From Ptychomitrium polyphyllum (Eukaryota): a stretch of 64,000 bases of DNA. The stretch is taken from assembly GCA_973851085.1 (NCBI GenBank), contig OZ316775.1:9734001-9798000 (forward strand). The letters run 5' to 3'. Positions 26,701 to 38,790 of the stretch are shown here, one piece after another (position 1 is the first letter of the stretch; every line of letters begins with the position of its first letter). The notes beneath the pieces are model-generated. The model worked only from the letters and a program-made list of their open reading frames with translations, was not told the DNA's origin and ran no database searches. The position numbers and the translations under genes are program-made.

Positions 26701-27448
26701 AATGGCTCCCCGAAAAGCATTCCAGGAGAAATTCAAGGCTTGAAGCTGAATCAAACGTGTAACGTCCAAAGTCAAATTTCCTTGCAGCTGATTTCCGGAT
26801 ACATTTCTGTGCTCCATTCGGGACCATGACCATGACCATCTTCGGTTCAGAGCCACAATTGAATGAAACAAGGAGGGAGATTGATGATTCTCAATAAAAT
26901 ACAATGTTATGAGATCTTTCTTTCTATAAACACTAAACCTAGTCCACAGCTAGCAGGAGCCATGTCAGTGAGTACACTTTGGGATCAACTTTGGAAGCAA
27001 ACGAAACAAATTGAATGGAACGAGGGCTTACATGGACACGACGTGCAGGTCTTGGGAGCATGCGACTCCAGCCCATCCGCACGGTGTGGAATACGAAGAG
27101 TTCCAATCCAACAAAGTGGATAGTGTGCCACCATTGACATGATTCAACCGGCTACCAAACTCTTGCAATGCCTGGCCTGTATCATTCGTACATGGAATAG
27201 TAGTCTATCAGCACAGTAATCCGAATAAAGGACGCTCAGCGCTCTTCTTAAACAATCATTTTTTTAACGTTAGAAGCTGGAAACAAGACTTATTTCAAAC
27301 AGTTTGCTTAGAGCAAGCAGTAATAACCTTCATCGTTCAATGCCGAGATGCATTTCGTACCGAGCTGAGTCCAAAAAACACAAAACCTGAGCAACACAAC
27401 GCAGTAGGACGCTTTCGCCGGAAGTTTAAGCTTCTTGTGGCGCCCCAT
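23705..27448 (-). CDS. LRR receptor-like kinase (RLK-2), LRR-XIIIa/At1g78530-like, RD kinase (11 exons, ~629 aa)
   Basis: Exons 27448-27328, 27176-27032, 26806-26663, 26508-26437, 26266-26198, 25960-25872, 25648-25484, 25351-25013, 24895-24638, 24337-24204, 24058-23705, 1890 nt in frame. LRRNT ([19 protein letters not shown]); ~4 LRRs; FKGNDRLCG cap; TM; kinase motifs [54 protein letters not shown]. Confidence 0.93.
25757..25795. repeat. (TG)n/(TA)n microsatellite in an RLK-2 intron
   Basis: atctatatgtatgtgtgtgtatatatatatatatatata seen directly. Confidence 0.85.
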
Positions 27449-30400
27449 CGACTACTTAACAGCCGCCAATTAGTGACTGGTCTGGAATGAACACTCTGAA
27501 TTCCTTGCTGCAGCATCTCTCTATCTCACTCTCGTCTGATTCGGAGCTATATCCCGCCGGTTACGCTCCTCCAAAACAACGTTGGTTGCATGCCAATCAC
27601 ATCGAAAATTAGTCATTAATTCGCACTCTCCTGGAGATTCAATATTCCAGGCTATGGTTCCGACCTCGATCTGCAGATGAGAGCATCCCGCTTTCTCCAC
27701 CACCCCATGCAAGACCAATACATGAAGGATCACCCAGTCGGTACCCACAACTCATCATCTCAGCCTCTCAAGTACCAAATCACTCCCCTTCATGATTTTA
27801 TAAAATCCACCACCTCACTACAATCATACTGCTACAAACTTATCCCCTGGATTCCAGGACTAGCTCAATGCTACACACTAGTATCAACTACCAGTCTAGA
27901 CCATTGCGCGATCGAATCTTCCAGCTTCTAGAAAACGAATTCCACGCCATGCAAGCAAAATACTGACCCAATGAAATTCGATGCCGAGAACCATGCAAGA
28001 CTCGATCAGCCATCCTACAGTGGGAGCAAGTGTATTCATGCCGCCCGCCAGGATAGCACTGCAGAACAGCAGTGGTAGTAAAAATAATGAGTCAGTTCTA
28101 GAAAAAGTGAGTGCATCGTTGTCAAGGGGCTTATCAGCACCACTCTATTCTTGTTGCCACTGTGCAAGAGGATATGCAAGTTGCAAGTCCCGGGCCCCAG
28201 AATAAGTCAGGCCCAGCGAGCTCGTGAGCAACACCGTCTAACTTAGCACCCGAGCGATACCAGCATGGCGCTGGTTCCATAAAGCTTCGAGCTCAAGTTC
28301 CACGACTCCGGAGAAAAGGTGCTCCGCCTCCAAATCATTCCGGGAAACACGAGTATGTCTACTAAAATCTGGTGGCGTGGCTTCGTCAACTAATTTCTGA
28401 AATTTAATACTGATTTACGCTTAATGCCACTTGCTGTGCCTAGTGTTTTACAGCCTGAGTGTTCTATTCTAATGCCTTGCCCACTTGCAAAGTTGCAAGC
28501 GGAGTTCAAGCGTTCAAACTGTCCACACCAGTTATTGTCATTACTGCGACCGAGTATTAGTATGCGAACACAATGGTAGAATAGTATATGGTGATAATTT
28601 ATGTAAACAATAATGAGTATTTGATGGTTTTTGAAAAGAATAACTGTTATGGAAACATTTTATGATTACTTTGTTCACCCTAGCTTAGTTAGTTAGATAT
28701 TGATGGGGTCACATACTTATAATACCACAATTGCTGTGAGAATCCTCTATAAGTGTGACTCACACTTTGTTGAAACACCAAAACTCCTATGAGGATCCTT
28801 CCTTCCTGCAAAGCACAATGCAACGAGAATAATGGGTGAATCAGTTTTGCCATCAACAACCGACCTTGAAATCAGATATGACATGAGCATCATGTGAATT
28901 ACTTTAGAAAGAGGAAAAACCGGGTACAATAAACTCCGGGGTAGAGTAGCCTCCTTGGTTCTCCTGCTGATGGCCAACTTTTTCTTGTTCATTGTGAGAG
29001 GGCCACAGAGGTGTCTGATATGGTCACCATGGGATTGATCACATGGGCCCTGGAGAGGGCAAGTTTTGCATGTTGAGTTCTGATCAGAGTTGAATTCTGG
29101 TGACACCTAATTTTGTATGATGGCCATGCTCAGCTGGGGCATGTGGCAATGAATGCATGCACCCATGGCTTTAAATTAGTCACTTAGAAAGTTGATGCAC
29201 AAAATCCTTTCAATCTTACGAAAAAAAGGTTTTGACAATAAAATCATACTTCTAGGTGATGGACTTATTCTTCTGAGAAAAGGAGTTTCAAGGAATCATT
29301 ATAAAATGTTACGACAATAAGTTATGGATCACCTTTATATTGAAGATGTGTTTAACAAAATACTATTTTGTTGAGAATTGAAAAGAATAGTTATGCCCTC
29401 TTTTGAAGTTGGTTCAAACAAAGGATTGAGATTGAAGTATTTAGTTTCTAATGGATGCAATTATTTTGTATATAAAAAAACAACATTGTTTTTGAAGTGT
29501 CATAGATTTATATTGAAAGTGAGGCATTAAACTACAAGTCATTGTTAAGTTTTATAATAAAACTATTTAAAATAATGTCCATCAAGTTTATTATTACCAG
29601 ACTTTTATTTCATACATGGGAAGATTATTATATTTCAAAGTCAAATTAACTGAAACATCATTTGAAATCATTTTAAGAACATCAAAATAAAAGGAATTTT
29701 ATTGTATATATTGATATGTTTGAAAAAGACCTTTTAATGTCAAATAATGGCTCAAATTTTATCAAATTAAAGTTTTTTAAATTTGAACCTCTTTGTATTG
29801 AATGCTTACCAAACATAAATATCATCTTGATTTGATGTAAGATGCTAGGTTTAGTTTTATATTCAACATGACAGATTTTGTTAAAATCAAACAATAGATG
29901 GAAAAAATTGAACTTTCAAAATTTTATCCATTCAAGATTAGAAAATTTGTAAGTATAAAATTTTAGAAATTAGTAATTTATTCTCCAATTTTTTCTTCTA
30001 AGAAGAAGATAATAAACTAATTTTTAAATTTTGAAAATAATTTATTAATGAAATCAAATAGTGTATTTTGGATATTTAACCAAACAAATCTAAATTCACT
30101 TTGAAATTGACATGCATCTAAATATTCATGTTAATTTTATTGTTATAATAAAATTATTCTTCAAATTTAAAAAAAAAATTCAAACCTGATCCTTAAAAAG
30201 AAAATTATTTGAATACTGGAGTGTATATTTGTTTCAATTCTAAATCCATGTATATAGAATATTTGAATAATGGTGTAATATTACTTACTTCTTTTAAAGA
30301 AATACATTTTTTTTTTTTTTTTTAATGTTTATAATTTTTATTATGATGAGTAAAAGGTAGAATTTATAAAGGTGTGTAATTTTGTAAAACATTACAATTT

Positions 30401-31516
30401 TGAGATAAAATTCAAAATTAAATGTAAATTCATTTAAAGATGTAATGATTGAATATTGAATGAAAAAAAGTTATTCAAAGTTGCAAAAATTTTAGATGAA
30501 GGCTTTTAGGAATTAAAAGATAATTATTTGTTTAAAATGAATTATTAGTTCTTTAAATTACAAGTGAATAAAATTGATTTTTCATTGCAATTTACAAGCA
30601 ATTAAAATTGAGAAGGTATTAGCAAACTATCAACATTTACAAATTTCTACATGAAGATTTCATCTTTTGAGCCAAAAATCATTGTTCTCTCTAGATTTTA
30701 GCTCAATAGTCAATAATTGAACTTTTTAGCTTAAAAATTTTCCTTTGAACTTTAGAATTCATATTTTTATTAGTTTCTTACAATATTATACTTTCTTCTA
30801 CTTAAATCCATATATTGTGCTTTCTTTGTTGATCACTTGTGGATGTATTATGACTCTTGAATTTTAATAAATCCATATTAGCCAAATATTCCATGATTTC
30901 TAAGTAATGCACAATGCATATAATTGTCAAATCCAATTTGGTATTTCTACTTGTCTACGTTAATACCACTTCCACATTAACACCACTTCCACTATATGAA
31001 TTTAATTATGAAATAATTATGAAACCGCTTGGGTTGAAGTCAGTTCACAATTGCTACCACAAGAAACAATATCACATGAACTCATCATATTTTCCAACTA
31101 AAGAATCTGCTTTTTCCGTTGACTTGAAACGACAATAAATTGATCTGCCTGAATTGGTAACTTGTTGTCAGGAGTCCATGTCGTGTCTGTCTTTTAGAAT
31201 TTCTGACCTGTGTGGGCATCACAGGTCGATGAGGGTTTACTTTCCTCGCAAAGTTAGCAGAGCAAGAAAAACGTTCAAGAAAGATCAGGTTTTCAAAATG
31301 ACCAACCACATCTTACAAAGGAGTACGTAGTATTGTGCGATCAAGTAGAAACAGACAATGTCACAGAGTTCAACATAGTAGCAACCATAGACAATCTGTA
31401 CACAACTGGTACGGATAAAATACCAACCTTTACCAAAACTGTAAGGCGTTGGAATAATTCCTGATCTACGAAAATGGTAACATTGAGCTTTCCTCGTGTT
31501 CCTAAGTCATGAATAC

Positions 31517-34122
31517 TCATTCTGGTTTCCAAAAGGTGGACTCTGTATCTCCATCCATGTTTGCTGGATATCTGTTGATCCACCTATAAAATTCCCTAGT
31601 TCTTTGAGCTTTCTCTCCTGGAGACAACTTCTGCACCGATTCAGGAATGTAGGATGGCCAGTTTGTCAGCTCAGCTGCAAAACCTTGCAATTTTGTGCAT
31701 CGTCGTACACGTACCTCCTCGAATCTGTCAGAAGAGTTACCAATCAAACACAGTACTGAACTAGTTGCATTTACAAGAATGCTTTAGGAATTCAACTTCG
31801 GCCTTTTAAATATCTCTGCAATTGCCACGCGATTAAACAATCCCCTTCACTAGCAGGGAGGAATGTGGATATCTGGGTTTATTCCAAGATTGACAAGAAT
31901 TCTTATGTCACATTACAGAAAATACTGCTCAGTTGTAGCAATGTGGTTTAAACTATCAAGTTAAAATAAAAAGCTACAGAATTTAATAGAAGGTTCACCT
32001 ATTTACAGCGTCCGGCAGTGCGATTACTGGAGTTGAACTCGAGAAGGCTTCATGAAGAAGCAAACTTAGTTGATGTGCGTCCTCAAAGGCAATACGGGCA
32101 CCAATTCCAGGGCCAGGATACAACGCATGCGCAGCTGCACTCAATCATTACATATAGAAGTATAAATGAGAAAAGAAAAGCAAGAAAGAGAAAGAGAAAG
32201 GTCAATCCAGCCTGCACAGCAACTTGAGGATTTCATTCTTCTAAACTGTGTTTACTGAGTTTTTGAGCCGACTGAAATTCCCTGTCTGATTGTCAACATG
32301 GACATTATCATTTAAGTTGCAACATAACTGCACGTGCGATAGTGAATGATTAATGAAAACGGATGAATACTGTTTCAGAAAGTTGAGAATGTGAAATACC
32401 GTCTCCCAAAAGCACGACGTGACCACTCGAGTCACTCCAACTGCTCAAGGGCACCCGATCAAAATTTCTATCCTCCCGAACAAGATGGCTTTCTGATCTT
32501 TCCACGGCTGTTCTCAGAGTCCGCAACTCCTCTGCGCTCTCTAGCTGCTTGAGGACGCGATTTTTTCGTGCCTCATTGCCATAGACATTGAAATCTGAAG
32601 CGAATGATTTCGTGAGTTCTCCACTCTCATCAGGAACCCGGTAATGCCAATGGGTGTAATCAGACCCTGAACAGTTATCACAACGCATCCTTCGTCAAAG
32701 AAAGGTAAAGGCCTCCCAGCACGAACAAGCCAAGCTGAGAAGTTTGGTTGAATGTATGAGCATTGAAAACATGTTGAATCGATGCACTGCAAGTGACTTG
32801 AACAGCTGACTTTCATAAAAGTAAAATAGCAAATGGAGTTTCGAGCTCAGAATTCAACCGCAAGAGCAAGAAATCACACTCCTATTCGTGGCAGGGTAGA
32901 CAATGAGCCTGATCTCATCGTCGTCGTTCAGATCCAATGACCTGCAGAAAATTATTGATACTAAGAACTTAAAAACAGAAGCTTACAACATCATCTTATG
33001 ATCATTTAACGTCATGATCCCAAAAACTTAAAAACAGAAGCCTACACATCGGTCTTGAACAATCAAAGCATCTGATTGCCTGGGTCTGTGATGGCACCTT
33101 ATCCTATCAGTGCGTACAACCGACAACCAAGTAACTAAACAAAGATCCCGAGGCTCATCTCCCACAATTAGCTTGCGCACTCTAGACCAAACACCGTCAG
33201 CGCCCACTAACAGTTTGGCTTTCACCACTTTCATCTCTAGAGTAGGGGCCACGCCACCCTGCTCGGTTTGCACGTCGAACCTTGTCTCTACACCCTCCTT
33301 CAAGGCACAAGTCAGAAATGAGCTTTTGTAATTGTTAAATGAACTATACAGAAATGAAGAGTGACTAATCAACGCCAATAAATAAATGTCTCAATATTGC
33401 TCCTGATATCATTTGAACTCGAGTGTACCTTTTAAAGTCAAATTCAAGTTTGTCCCCGGAGAATCTCGTTTCAATGTGAGAAATAAGAATTACCTCGACA
33501 AGCTTGTAGTCAACGAATGAGTGCTCGTAATGCACCACATTGGGGTCTAACTCATCGACTAGTGTGTCGAGGGCGCCCTTCCACGTGACCGTGAACATTC
33601 CATCCGATTCCGTCAGTTGCGGCAATTGCAAGATCACCTTCTCTGCTTCGCCGTGCACGCGAATTCTTGCTGTGAATTGCCCCGTGCGTTGTCCTAACGC
33701 TTCCATTTTTTTGCTCAACCCTGGCTTGATTCCTTCCAGCGCTTGAATGCCTGCGCACTAGGTCAATGAGCTGTTATGCATACATGAAAGAGATTGCTGT
33801 TATATGCAGTTCCCGGAATTTGAAGCGATCCTAACTTACGAAGGCAGGATTATCACTGGTCAAATTCCGCTATGTTATGGAATAAACATCTACTACACTG
33901 AGCCTGAAACGAAAAAAGAGCGGTTGAGAAAAGTAGCATGTCATTCCGAAGATGAATTAACGTACCATTCTGTCCGATGCTCATCCCAGTCCCGAAGTGC
34001 TTGCGTTTCTTGGGCGATTTCTCAAACACATGAGCTTGAATACCTCGCTCTTGTAAGCCCACGGCCAAGGCCAAGCCTCCCATTCCACCTCCCACAATCG
34101 CAACGTCCACCTCCAAAGCCAT
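31517..34122 (-). CDS. FAD-dependent monooxygenase (FAD_binding_3; zeaxanthin-epoxidase/salicylate-hydroxylase-like fold), 7 exons, ~435 aa
   Basis: Exons 34122-33966, 33750-33494, 33297-33098, 32941-32859, 32666-32400, 32134-31999, 31724-31517 (1308 nt in frame). Group A flavoprotein fingerprints: VAIVGGGMGGLALA..VFEK, LLVGADGVWSRVR, VVLLGDAAHALYPGPGIGARIAFEDA. Confidence 0.9.
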
Positions 34123-34560
34123 CCCTTAACTTTTTCCTAACATACAACCCCTACTTATCCTCGGAGTCGGAAGACAATACATCACCAGTTCCCATACATC
34201 TGCACTTCACGAACAACTCGAACAAGAGCACTTTGGGTTCTGATTAACCTCACAAGCTGCATGGAGGTCAAAGATCTTTGAAAGTATACCGAGTTTAGCT
34301 CTGTACAACAGGAGTGCTAAATACGCATCCGGGGAAAGAGTAAAGAGCAGCAAAGTACTGAAGCAGACCTTGCAAGGCAGAAGACATGCATGTGTGACCC
34401 TAATTGACAATTGCTGCAAACATACTGTTCTGCTCTCAAAATAATCAAGCACGATCCATGATCGTACTGCGGAAAACCATAGGAGAGGATGGACGGCGAG
34501 GCTTAGTTTAATTGGCAAAAAAGTCTTCCTGGGTCATAGCGCCACGCCATCAGACTGTCA

Positions 34561-35850
34561 GTGTATGACGATGCAATAATAAACTATGTAGATGCATCGA
34601 AGTTTACCTTTGAGTCGGCCATCTGTTGTAGGTGCGTGTGTAGGCACTTCATGAAGAATAAGACTAGGACACTGTTCACAGAAATACCCCCTTCCTTCCA
34701 CTTTGTGGGTTTCGGTACGGTTTGGTGGATGATGATCTTAAGGTTTTGTGTGATTTGGACGACTCCGCAAATTATCAGCTGAACGCATCCAGCTCGACTG
34801 AAGACAGCGGCAACTGTCGTGTAAGTTGCACTAGTATAATGGTTGAATCGAAGTCGGAGATCAAGTATCAGGAGGTGAAGATTCTCAGAAATGAAGAATT
34901 CTGCAAACTGAGGAGCGATGATCCACATCTAGACATTTCTCGGCATGATCTGCATCTGGGCAGAATCGAGATTTGGATTATTCGACAAGATGCTGCGTGA
35001 GGTGCTAAAAGTGCTCTAGAACCTTTTATAGACTTCTAAGATTCGTTTTCGCGAGGACAACCACAATGTTGTCACGAACGCGTACCATACTTCTGTACGG
35101 ATCTGTATGGGTTGTAATCATTGGCTTCAAACTTAAATCCTAGTCAGCTAAAACTCGACCAGCATGAACAAAATAAGACTTCATATAAGCTGCACGAGCT
35201 GTCCGATATTGATTAACTGGAGCGAGCCGCTGCTCTCAACGGCATTGGAATATTGCTACCTCGCAGGATCCTTTATCACAGTAGAAAGGAACAAACCACT
35301 CTAAAACAATCCACAATCCTTTCCTCTAGCGAAAAGAAGCGAGCATCAGGGCGCCTTTCTCGGACATTATCAAAGGACTCTACGACTGCAAGTGCTTCAC
35401 ATGGATGCGGATGGTCGATGCTCACAGGGATGTAGATGTCAAGATAACAATCAGAGCAGTATTGCCCTCGACGATAAAGAACCAAACATGTACTAACCAA
35501 CATGAAGAAAATAAACTTCATGTAAGTAACAAGTTCATCCCATAGAGTTATTACAGCGAGCGGCTATTCTCCCGGCAACGGAACACGCTACATCGCCTTC
35601 GCGACTTCGACTTTGTACCAGGTGGACAGATTGTCCGAGAAGAAAGTAACAAGACTTAGCTTTCGGTAGTTACGATCCTCTCACACGTGCATAAATGGCA
35701 CAATTTAAGGCCGTCTTTCTCTAACATAGACAAGCCAATCCACGACCACAAGTGCACCACATGGAGACGGATGGTCGCTGCATTCAATTAAGAGAACACT
35801 CCGCCATTGGTACTGACCCCCGTCATTAACAACCGCATTCACTAACCTAA
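34561..35850 (+). pseudogene. Probable decayed F-box-type gene with an internal duplicated unit
   Basis: YDDAIINYVDASKFTFESAICCRCVCRHF (from 34564) resembles the F-box consensus LPDD..L..LP..SL.R.R.VCK.W. Downstream frames are broken by stops. Two diverged repeat units lie at ~35221-35500 and ~35556-35850. Confidence 0.35.
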
Positions 35851-37714
35851 CCAAAATTTCAACAAAGCTGTCAGTTGGTAGTGCATGTTTGTTCAACATA
35901 AATGTTCAGGACAGATCTATATATTCTATAATCATCCAGGATTGCATTTCAAGGCCTCAGATCTCCATCCTAAAACAGTAACTCATGAAGCCTCTCTCCA
36001 AAGATGGTGACATGTTAAATATTACAGAAATCAGAAACTTTCGGATATTATCTTCATCACCTGCTTCCACAAGCAGAGACATCAATACACTTTTGGATTA
36101 AAATTGGGCCTCAGTTTACAGTTCAGCCTAACATAAATGCAGGTGACATACTGAGGAGGCCTCAGCACCACTCACAACTCACCCCATATTGGAAACCATC
36201 TTTGGCCACATCAGAAGCCTTAGATACATACACCCTAGCTAAACCTCAATAGTCCAAAAAGGGACACAAAACACAAACCTGCAAACAGGAGAGTGTGCAC
36301 AAAGAGGAACATCCCAACCCATGTTGCACTTTGAAGGGATACATGACAGTGTTGCTTATAAGATGAGGGTGTAATAGTGAGAGTGAGCACCTAGGTTTCT
36401 GGAGTCTTCTTCCATGGTTGCATCCTTGAACAGAACATTGGACTACCCTTTCATGACATGCTTGAATGACCTTGCTGACCATCTCTATCTGAGGGACAAC
36501 TCTATCACCCAAAGGTACTATTTCATTATCAAAGTCTTGTTTCAATTTTAATATCCTAGTTTTAAATCATATAAAAACAATAGAAAAGAAAAGTTTTTTT
36601 ATAACACTTTAATTATGGCAAATTTGACGTGTTTCATTTGAACTCAACATTTAAGTGGCTAAACAACCAAGTTTTGCACTCATACACAATTTGGTTGAAA
36701 AGTATGCTTATTTTTCTAAAGCATTATATAGGAGGCTCAATGTATACAAAACAAGTGGGCACTTTGATGTTAACATTTTAATTTAGTGAAAAGAAATTTT
36801 GGAATATCAAATAAATCAACATGGCATGTTTGGAAATTTCAACCTTATATGTCACTTGGTTAGTCCTTACTTGGCAACAATTTTTTATAAATTTAGTTTT
36901 CTATGGATTCAATTTCCTATAGTTTTCATGTAACCTTGCACATATGACCTATCTTTAGACATTTATAGGAAGCAATATAATGTTGCAAATTTAGTTGGAA
37001 CAAGAAGAATTTATCTTTTTTGAACTTCATTGTATATGAAATTTATCAAATGCACAAATGGCATCTCTACTTTAAAAAATTACCTTGTTTTGGCACCACA
37101 AATTACTTCTAATGCATTGTGTATATAAATTGACTAGTAATAATCATTTCATTAAACTTATATTCTTAATCCATAATATTCATTGAATAAAAACAATACA
37201 TTTGTGTCAATATATTAAAGATAAAGTTCAAATCCAACAAAAGCTTGTAGTGGCAAAGTTTGCTATAGTTTAAAACATCTAATTTAAAGATGCAAATCAT
37301 ATTAATTATAGGATGATCTTAAACAAAACAAAAAACTTGCACCACTAATATTAATTTGTAGTAAGTTGTTATATGAAAATTTTAATCTCTCAAGAAAGCA
37401 ATAGAACAAAGTGGGCTCGAACACATCTTCATGTGGACGCATGTGTGAACGCAGATATACTAGTATGTATGTATGGTTCCCTTTAGAGCATCTGGTTAGT
37501 TGTCTAATAGTTGGGAAGTTGCATGGTCCTTACCAAATCAAATGAAGAATAGCTAGGATGGGATGATGGTGTGTGTGAGTGTGTAGGTGATCCCAAACTA
37601 GCATGGGATGCAGTGTGGAGAGTTACAAGAACTCTGATACCTTGGGTTTTGCCCTGGTATGGCCGTGTGTTCCCGTGGTGGTATGGCCGTATTGCTGTGC
37701 TGAGATGCAGAATT

Positions 37715-37741
37715 GAGAGAGAGAGAGAGAGCGCGAGAGAG
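37715..37741. repeat. (GA)n tract in the 5' leader of OST3/6
   Basis: gagagagagagagagagcgcgagagag just upstream of the ATG at 37765. Confidence 0.8.
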
Positions 37742-37764
37742 TGTTGTGAGGGTTTGAGAGGGCA

Positions 37765-38790
37765 ATGGGGCGCAGGGGGAGGGATGCGGGGATAGGGTTT
37801 CTGGTCGTGTGCGTGGTGCTAGGGTTTGCGTTGGGGGAGTCGAACGAGGATCGAGTAGCGGATCTGTTGCACATGCAATCGCAGGCCAAGGATGGAGTAA
37901 TCCGCTTGGATGAGGGCAACTTCCGCCGCTTCATGTCCACAGCGGAGCCGCGTCCCTATGCGCTCATTCTCTTCTTTGACGCCAGCCAGCTGCATTCCAA
38001 CGCGGAGCTCAAATTGGTGGAGTTTCGGAAGGAATTCGGGTTGGTGGCGACGGCGTACGCGAAGCATCACAAGGGGCAGGAGTCGGACGCGAAGGTTTTC
38101 TTCTGCGACTTGGAGTTTAAGCAAGTACAGGGGGTGTTCCAGCTCTTCAAGGTGCAGGCGTTACCGCATGTGAGGTATGTCGCAGCGGGGAGCGGAGACC
38201 AGGGGGCGAGTGAGGAGATGAACCAGGGGGAGTTTCCTCGGACGGCTGAGGGTATCGCGGGGTTTGTGACCGCGAAGACGAAGCAGGAATGCGGGCCGAT
38301 TGAGCGGCCGCCGCCTCTGAGCAAGGGTCAACTCTGGGCGCTGGGGACGTTGGTGCTGCTTGCGACCCCGTTCGCTGTGAGGATCGCGGCTGCGCCGGAT
38401 TCGCCTCTGCGGGATCCTAGGGTTTGGTGTATTGGAGCGTTGATGATCTATTTTTTTAGCGTCTCGGGAGGCATGCACAACATCATCCGCAAGATGCCGC
38501 TCTTCATGCAGGACCGGAACAACCCTGCGAAGCTAGTGTTTTTCTATCAGGGCTCTGGGATGCAGCTGGGAGCTGAGGGATTTGTAGTGGGTTTTTTGTA
38601 TACTATCGTGGGATTGTTATTAGGCTTTGTCACGCATTTTGCCCCGCAAATTCGTTCCAAGGTCGTGCAACGGCTCGTGATGGTCATAGCAATTACCATC
38701 AGTTTCGTGGCTGTGAGGAGGGTGATATCTCTCGATAATTGGAAAACCGGCTACTGGATCCATGCATTCTGGCCCACGCGATGGACGTAG
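37765..38790 (+). CDS. OST3/6: Oligosaccharyltransferase subunit OST3/OST6 (dolichyl-diphosphooligosaccharide-protein glycosyltransferase subunit 3), intronless, 341 aa
   Basis: Signal peptide, thioredoxin-like lumenal domain (DGVIRLD..PRPYALILFFDA), four C-terminal TM segments with FFSVSGGMHNIIRKMP and FFYQGSGMQLGAEGF, ending DNWKTGYWIHAFWP as in plant OST3/6. Confidence 0.95.
   Translation: MGRRGRDAGIGFLVVCVVLGFALGESNEDRVADLLHMQSQAKDGVIRLDEGNFRRFMSTAEPRPYALILFFDASQLHSNAELKLVEFRKEFGLVATAYAKHHKGQESDAKVFFCDLEFKQVQGVFQLFKVQALPHVRYVAAGSGDQGASEEMNQGEFPRTAEGIAGFVTAKTKQECGPIERPPPLSKGQLWALGTLVLLATPFAVRIAAAPDSPLRDPRVWCIGALMIYFFSVSGGMHNIIRKMPLFMQDRNNPAKLVFFYQGSGMQLGAEGFVVGFLYTIVGLLLGFVTHFAPQIRSKVVQRLVMVIAITISFVAVRRVISLDNWKTGYWIHAFWPTRWT

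Noticed and set aside
36379..36390. gagagtgagcac, matching the 3' half of miR156
   Set aside because: Only 12 nt match, and no complementary star arm was seen.
36246..36545. Minus-strand ORF faintly like an isochorismatase N-terminus (QDF..VVPQI)
   Set aside because: No further family motifs; resemblance too weak without a search.
37765..38300. Absence of the CxxC redox motif in OST3/6
   Set aside because: Known property of plant OST3/6 proteins; not novel.
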